From an uncultured Gammaproteobacteria bacterium (GTDB lineage: Bacteria; Patescibacteriota; Microgenomatia; Levybacterales; GWA1-39-11), in assembly GCA_964511305.1 (NCBI GenBank), contig CAZEEU010000001.1, positions 127,214-191,213 of the forward strand: DNA of 64,000 bases, written 5' to 3'. The position numbers were made by a program, and so were the translations under genes. How positions within the stretch are numbered: position 1 is the first letter of the stretch; each line of letters begins with the position of its first letter. Below the pieces are notes generated by a model that saw only the letters and a program-made list of their open reading frames with translations, was not told the DNA's origin and ran no database searches. Of this stretch, positions 59,182 through 64,000 are shown one piece after another.

Positions 59182-60874
59182 AATTATAATACTTGCTGTC
59201 ATTTTTCTCCTTGCCTTTGCATTACGATTTCACAAATTAGATTCAATCCCAAATGGATACAGAGAAGATGAAACATCCATTGGATACAATGCCTATTCCG
59301 TACTTAAAACCGGCATGGATGAGCATGGAAATAAATATCCACAAAATTTCAAGGCATTCGGGGAATATAAACTCCCTGGATACGTGTATGCAACAGTTCC
59401 TTCTGTTGCAATATTTGGCCTAAATCCTTTTGGCGTAAGATTTATCTCTGCAATTTCTGGATTTCTTATTGTCATTGTTTCTTTCTTTCTTTCAAAAGAA
59501 ATACTTAAAAATCAAAAACATTTATCAGAATGGGGGCCTATCGCCATTTCACTTCTTTTGGCAGTTAACCCTTGGCTTATTTTCTTTTCAAGATCAGCAT
59601 TTGAAGTAACGCTTGCAAATCTTTTTATTATTTCAGGGATATTACTTTTTTTGAAAGGAAAAGAAAGTCAGAAGATGGTCTACTTCATGGTTTCTGCAAT
59701 TCTACTAGCCTTTTCTATATACACATACAATATAGCTCGCCTTTTTACACCAATCCTTTTATTATCTTTAATCCTGATTTATTGGAAAAAAGGCAACTCT
59801 ATTAATGCAAGGACCGCAATTTACTCCTTGGGTACTTTTGCAATAATATTAATTCCTTTTATTTATGGTGCTATTGCAAAAGGTGGAGCTGACTCAACTC
59901 TTGGTACCCTTATTTTTAGTAGTGCGAAAATTCAGGCACCATTACAGGAATTTAGAAGTTATTTTACTGAGATAAGTCCGCTTATGTCAAAGTTATTATT
60001 TAACTACTACTTTATGACATTTTGGCTGTATATCAATAATGTAGTCTCGCATTTTTCTGTTAGTTATTATTTTGTGAATGGAGATGTTTTAGGCAGTTCT
60101 ACTTCCGGGAATGTTGGCCAGTGGTATATTTTTGAACTTCCACTTATAGTCTTGGGAGGAATATTATTCTTCAAATCCAAAACAAAAGAGTCATTGCTAA
60201 TACTTTTATGGGTTGTTGAGCTTATTTTAGTAAGTAGCATTACAAGGGATCCACCTCAGGGCACCCGGACATTCTTTTTGTTATTTCCGATATCTCTACT
60301 TTCATCTATAGGACTAGTTGCAGCAATCGGTTACTTTTCAAAGCTTAAGCAACAAAAAACTAAATACGCAATAAGCCTTTTTGCCAGCGCTATCTGTCTT
60401 TACTATGTAATCTATTTTTTGGCATCGTACTTTGTAAGATTTCCTATTTTTTATGCAAAATATTGGAATACGGCAGATCGTGAGGTTGGGAAATTTATTA
60501 AAGAAAATGGCAGCAAATATAAGACGGTTGTTATTGATCGGGATTCAAGTATAAACTACTCTATAATACTTGCAGAGCTTTTGTATCCTCCTGAAAAATT
60601 TATTAAAGAAGCTGTATGGTCACCTGATGACTCAGAAGGTTTTTCATATCCAACTAAATTTTCAAATATTGAAATTCGTCCAATCGACTGGGAAAAGGAT
60701 ATCAATATGAAAAATCAGCTACTTATCACCTCCCCTGACGGAAAAAAAGCTGACACGGGAATACTTAAAACGATAACTTATCCAAAGCGTCCGGTGGTCT
60801 TTAATAAAGGTCAAGAAATTATGCGCTACCCAATCGAAGAACCTGCTTACTTAATAATTGAAACTAATCGTTAG
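59165..60874 (+). CDS. GT-C glycosyltransferase, GT39/ArnT-PMT-like (subfamily A)
   Basis: 569 aa: '…YREDETSIGYNAYSVLKTGMDEHGNKYPQNFKAFGEYKLPGYVYATVPSV…'. It overlaps the upstream YfhO-like gene by 17 bp. Confidence 0.85.
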   Translation: MLKKSKIIILAVIFLLAFALRFHKLDSIPNGYREDETSIGYNAYSVLKTGMDEHGNKYPQNFKAFGEYKLPGYVYATVPSVAIFGLNPFGVRFISAISGFLIVIVSFFLSKEILKNQKHLSEWGPIAISLLLAVNPWLIFFSRSAFEVTLANLFIISGILLFLKGKESQKMVYFMVSAILLAFSIYTYNIARLFTPILLLSLILIYWKKGNSINARTAIYSLGTFAIILIPFIYGAIAKGGADSTLGTLIFSSAKIQAPLQEFRSYFTEISPLMSKLLFNYYFMTFWLYINNVVSHFSVSYYFVNGDVLGSSTSGNVGQWYIFELPLIVLGGILFFKSKTKESLLILLWVVELILVSSITRDPPQGTRTFFLLFPISLLSSIGLVAAIGYFSKLKQQKTKYAISLFASAICLYYVIYFLASYFVRFPIFYAKYWNTADREVGKFIKENGSKYKTVVIDRDSSINYSIILAELLYPPEKFIKEAVWSPDDSEGFSYPTKFSNIEIRPIDWEKDINMKNQLLITSPDGKKADTGILKTITYPKRPVVFNKGQEIMRYPIEEPAYLIIETNR

Positions 60875-62507
60875 GTCTGAATGCTACAAAAAGCACATCT
60901 CCCTTAAGATCTTTTAATTCTTTAACAATTTTAGCTTTTCTTGGAACCTCTTTTACTGATGCTATAAAAAGAGTGTCCTTTGTCAAAAGCGCATCATCTG
61001 GAATTTTATTGAGAAAGTAAACATTATCCACTCTTCGTACTCTAATCCAATTATCATTTTCTTTTATAATTTGTTGCGTTCCCGGTCTTTGATATTTATA
61101 AGGATCATATTTTGAATAGAACAGATAGTACGCATACTGCTTGGTATCATTGATTCTGCTTGAAATAATAATTTTGTCATAATTATTTTTCTGAGTATCA
61201 ATATACTTCATTGTTGCTTCATATCCAGACATCTCAAATCGTGAGTAGAAAACTTTAAAATAAGAAAAATAGGTTATACCAAAAAACATAACTTCATATA
61301 TTATCAAGATTAATGGGAATGCTAGAATAAATTTCTTTCTTCTGATCTTATCTACTAAATACACTAAGCCGTATGCGCCTGCGATTTGTGCTGAAGGAAG
61401 AAGTAATAAATATCTTGAATAATGTCCTCCCCCAGTTATGCTATCTGGAATTGGAGACAGAAAAATCCACAACAAAATGAGGACTCCGCCTTTATTTTTC
61501 TTAATAATAAGAATTGCTACTCCAATAATAAAGATTAAATATTCAAATATGTAAAAAAGTCCTCTTTGTGGGAGCGTTGAATACTGTGTTGAAGTTCCAT
61601 TTATGGCAAGTAATTCTGGAGAAAAATGACTAACATAATTTGTCGAAAACTTAGTTGCAAAAACGGAATATTTATTTATGGATATTTTACAAATTATTGA
61701 AGGCAAAACTTTTTGACATTCCCCTCTTTGTTCATTTATTACAGTAATTGTACCGCTGTCCTTTGTTAAATTTACTTGAGAAGATCTTGTTCCTGCTGTC
61801 TTAAGTCCACCAAATATAATTGCAGGCAGCAGTGCAATCACAAAAACGATCAGCGTAATAATTATTTTTCTTTTGGAAACTGTATCTCTGTAGGCAAAAA
61901 TGCAGGCTATTATAAGTAGGGGAGCAAATAATGTGTATGCTGCATATGTATAAATCGATAACGCAAAAAATACCATTGATATATACAAAAATCTTGAAGA
62001 TTTAGTTCCAGTAACAAAAAGGGTGACTGCCAAAAGGGATATGAATACACCAACAATTGACTCAATACCAATCCTACTCATCCCAATATGCCAGGGGTTA
62101 ACCGCAAGCAAAAACATTGAAGCTATGCTTATCCATGATTTTTTCCACAAAATGTAAGATAGAATTCCAGCAAGAAGTATGGTTAAGGATCCGATAGCTG
62201 CTGCAGGATACCGCACTGCATAAGCGGTGAAATCGAAAGCAGCAATGCTTGGTATAACAAGATATGTATACAGAGATGGTCTGTAGTCGCCAAAACCTCT
62301 AAGATATGGGGAAGGCTGCATTTGCCCCCATTGATCTCGTCCGGTAATTAAAATTGAATATGCATCATACCCAGTATCTACTTCGTCATTAGAAAGACCT
62401 GATGGAGTTATTCCTAGATCGTAAAACCTAAAGAATATTCCGATAAAGAAAATTATTACAATCAGTAGAATCTGATACTTTGTAAAAATCCTACTTACTC
62501 TTTGCAT
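60864..62507 (-). CDS. GT-C glycosyltransferase, GT39/ArnT-PMT-like (subfamily A)
   Basis: 547 aa: '…GLSNDEVDTGYDAYSILITGRDQWGQMQPSPYLRGFGDYRPSLYTYLVIPSI…'. Convergent with 59165..60874, with an 11-bp overlap. Confidence 0.85.
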   Translation of the reverse strand: MQRVSRIFTKYQILLIVIIFFIGIFFRFYDLGITPSGLSNDEVDTGYDAYSILITGRDQWGQMQPSPYLRGFGDYRPSLYTYLVIPSIAAFDFTAYAVRYPAAAIGSLTILLAGILSYILWKKSWISIASMFLLAVNPWHIGMSRIGIESIVGVFISLLAVTLFVTGTKSSRFLYISMVFFALSIYTYAAYTLFAPLLIIACIFAYRDTVSKRKIIITLIVFVIALLPAIIFGGLKTAGTRSSQVNLTKDSGTITVINEQRGECQKVLPSIICKISINKYSVFATKFSTNYVSHFSPELLAINGTSTQYSTLPQRGLFYIFEYLIFIIGVAILIIKKNKGGVLILLWIFLSPIPDSITGGGHYSRYLLLLPSAQIAGAYGLVYLVDKIRRKKFILAFPLILIIYEVMFFGITYFSYFKVFYSRFEMSGYEATMKYIDTQKNNYDKIIISSRINDTKQYAYYLFYSKYDPYKYQRPGTQQIIKENDNWIRVRRVDNVYFLNKIPDDALLTKDTLFIASVKEVPRKAKIVKELKDLKGDVLFVAFRPND

Positions 62508-64000
62508 CTGGGGTTTTTACTTTATATATAGTAAGCGTAGTATTTCCTATTCCCTTTTTATAACTGGCAATTTTTTCGATAGGCCATGTGGTTGGTGCAA
62601 CGCCTGGTAAAGCGCAATGCAAACAGTCTTGGTAAAAGACTACATAGACAGGCTTTATCTCAGCTTCTTTGGCAATTTCTTCAGGGATAGTTTCGTTGAT
62701 TGGCCAATAGCCTTTAAGGGTTATATTGCTGTTGTTAAGAAAATATGTCTCATATGCATGTGGCAATAAGCCGAATGTACCTTGGGTTGCTACATAAATC
62801 GGACCTTTTTTAGACTCATTATTGAAAAATTCGACGCTCTCACCTATTCCACCCCCAGCAGGCCAACCATTTATAAATTGCTCAAGATCAAGTCTTGGAA
62901 TTGGAGCATTAGCAAAATCAAAAATAACATAGTACATCATACGCAGTGGCAATATAGCGATGATTACAATAAAAGCAGCTCTTAACGCTATGTTTTTATA
63001 ACGAACAAATAATTCATATATGCTATACGCTACCAATGGAATTAATGGCAGGGTCATAAATAATATGTATCGTGGATATAGGGTTTTGCCGAGCACACAC
63101 AGTCCTAAGAATGGAATTACAAACCAAGCAACAAGTAGTATTTTTTCTTTCAAAAAGCGTTTTGAAATGAAAAATGAGACAACGGCTAAAAGAACGTATG
63201 GAGGCGTAAAGTAGATCATGAACCAATCCCAGAGACCCATAAAGTTACGCTGAAAATTTGATACCTTATCCATTGGCTGCAGTTTCAACCACTCCCCAAT
63301 CGGATGAACAAAGATTGTATTTTTTTCTGCAATGATATGAAAGAATGGTGAAAGTCGTTGTACTGAATACATTCCATAAGCAATCACTGCACTAACAATT
63401 ACAAGAACCATAAATTTTATCAATTTTTGTTTTCTTACTTTGTCAGAAAAATTAAAAAGTAACAGAAGAACTGGTGTTAGATATAGTGATAAAAATCCAG
63501 ACGATTTAGTAAGAACTGACCCACCAAGTATAAAACCCAAAATCATCGCAAGGTCCAATCTCAACCTTCTTACAAGCAATATTTGAAAATAAAGAGACCA
63601 CACAAAAAATGCAGCAGTCATGCTTTCATAAATTGCTAATCTGTCATATACCAATAGAAAGGGAAATAGAACGGTAAGGGCAACTGCAATTAAAGAGATT
63701 ACTCGCATACTATTCTTCTCCTTTGATGCAAATATTTCTCTCGTTAAGAAATAGATGCCAACACAAACTAAAAATCCAGCAAATACAGAAACTAGTCTCC
63801 CCGCAAGCAATGGGTCATCAATAAGCTTCATCATAATGCTATCCGCCCAGATAAAAGATGGATTTTTTCCGTCGGTAAGTGAAATAAATCTCCAGTTGGA
63901 GTCAGATTTGGCAATTTGTGCCCATCTCGTGTATATGGCCTCATCCGTAAAAATCGGAAGGGAGGTTATGTTAAGAAGTCTGGTTGCAACAAAAACCACT
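62491..64000 (-). CDS. GT-C glycosyltransferase, ArnT/PMT-like; 5' end probably truncated by the window edge
   Basis: '…LPIFTDEAIYTRWAQIAKSDSNWRFISLTDGKNPSFIWADS…' followed by multi-TM. The DE motif lies only about 18 residues from the first Met at 63999, whereas paralogs have a TM helix before it, so the N-terminus likely extends past 64000. Confidence 0.7.
   Translation of the reverse strand, partial: VVFVATRLLNITSLPIFTDEAIYTRWAQIAKSDSNWRFISLTDGKNPSFIWADSIMMKLIDDPLLAGRLVSVFAGFLVCVGIYFLTREIFASKEKNSMRVISLIAVALTVLFPFLLVYDRLAIYESMTAAFFVWSLYFQILLVRRLRLDLAMILGFILGGSVLTKSSGFLSLYLTPVLLLLFNFSDKVRKQKLIKFMVLVIVSAVIAYGMYSVQRLSPFFHIIAEKNTIFVHPIGEWLKLQPMDKVSNFQRNFMGLWDWFMIYFTPPYVLLAVVSFFISKRFLKEKILLVAWFVIPFLGLCVLGKTLYPRYILFMTLPLIPLVAYSIYELFVRYKNIALRAAFIVIIAILPLRMMYYVIFDFANAPIPRLDLEQFINGWPAGGGIGESVEFFNNESKKGPIYVATQGTFGLLPHAYETYFLNNSNITLKGYWPINETIPEEIAKEAEIKPVYVVFYQDCLHCALPGVAPTTWPIEKIASYKKGIGNTTLTIYKVKTPDAKSK

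Noticed and set aside
1-64000. Alternative genetic code (UGA or UAA recoding as in some CPR lineages)
   Set aside because: Long ORFs of up to 1111 aa are uninterrupted under the standard code, and genes end in TGA, TAA and TAG at positions that create the regular compact junctions. This is consistent with code 11.
1-64000. CRISPR arrays, tRNA or rRNA genes, transposases or integrases, prophage genes
   Set aside because: No direct-repeat/spacer periodicity is visible. No intergenic region is long enough for a tRNA, as all but one are under 100 bp and AT-rich. No ORF shows DDE transposase, tyrosine recombinase, serine recombinase or phage structural signatures.

Overview
The window is AT-rich (roughly one-third G+C by eye, not computed) and almost completely coding: about 48 tightly packed genes, many overlapping by 1-4 bp. 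Essentially every gene is devoted to glycan biosynthesis or extracytoplasmic glycosylation. I see no rRNA, tRNA, CRISPR array, transposase or integrase. Genes run on the minus strand from ~84 to ~55170, apart from a plus-strand pair at 11359..13808 and a small plus-strand ORF at 41163..41408. There is a plus-strand block at 55215..60874, then minus-strand genes again to the window edge.

Recognisable content:
1. Nucleotide-sugar modification: a galE-like epimerase, a second SDR epimerase/dehydratase, two DegT-family enzymes, a WecD-like GNAT acetyltransferase and two SAM methyltransferases. One DegT enzyme is a canonical Lys-containing aminotransferase; the other has His replacing the Schiff-base Lys, the hallmark of ColD/E1-type 3-dehydratases.
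2. Twelve cytoplasmic glycosyltransferases: three DPM1/GtrB/CsbB-like polyprenyl-phosphate-sugar synthases, six other GT2 and three GT4.
3. Two Wzx/MOP-like flippases and a possible GtrA-like 4-TM protein.
4. About 24 large polytopic membrane proteins of the GT-C kind, in several paralogous families. Ten are ArnT/PMT(GT39/83)-like, three are YfhO-like and four belong to a distinct, apparently undescribed family with an 'HD...GYGYP.F.FY.P.PYY ... PYR..DLYVRG..GE' N-terminal signature. Two more are convergent paralogs of another unknown family carrying 'EGQRYLE' and 'CIPHQITT' motifs. The rest are singletons, including a 1111-aa protein.

Most interesting is the island as a whole: repeated modules of lipid-linked-sugar synthase, then flippase, then extracytoplasmic GT-C transferase (the CsbB/GtcA/YfhO and ArnC/ArnT paradigm), hugely expanded. 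Several families share a YfhO-type C-terminal 'YxPGWxAxINGK' domain with a terminal TM anchor. The gene content (many GT39-like paralogs, a free-standing four-helix-bundle protein, compact overlapping genes, standard stop codons) fits an uncultivated low-GC bacterium, possibly Patescibacteria/CPR (Microgenomates-like). That is inference only.
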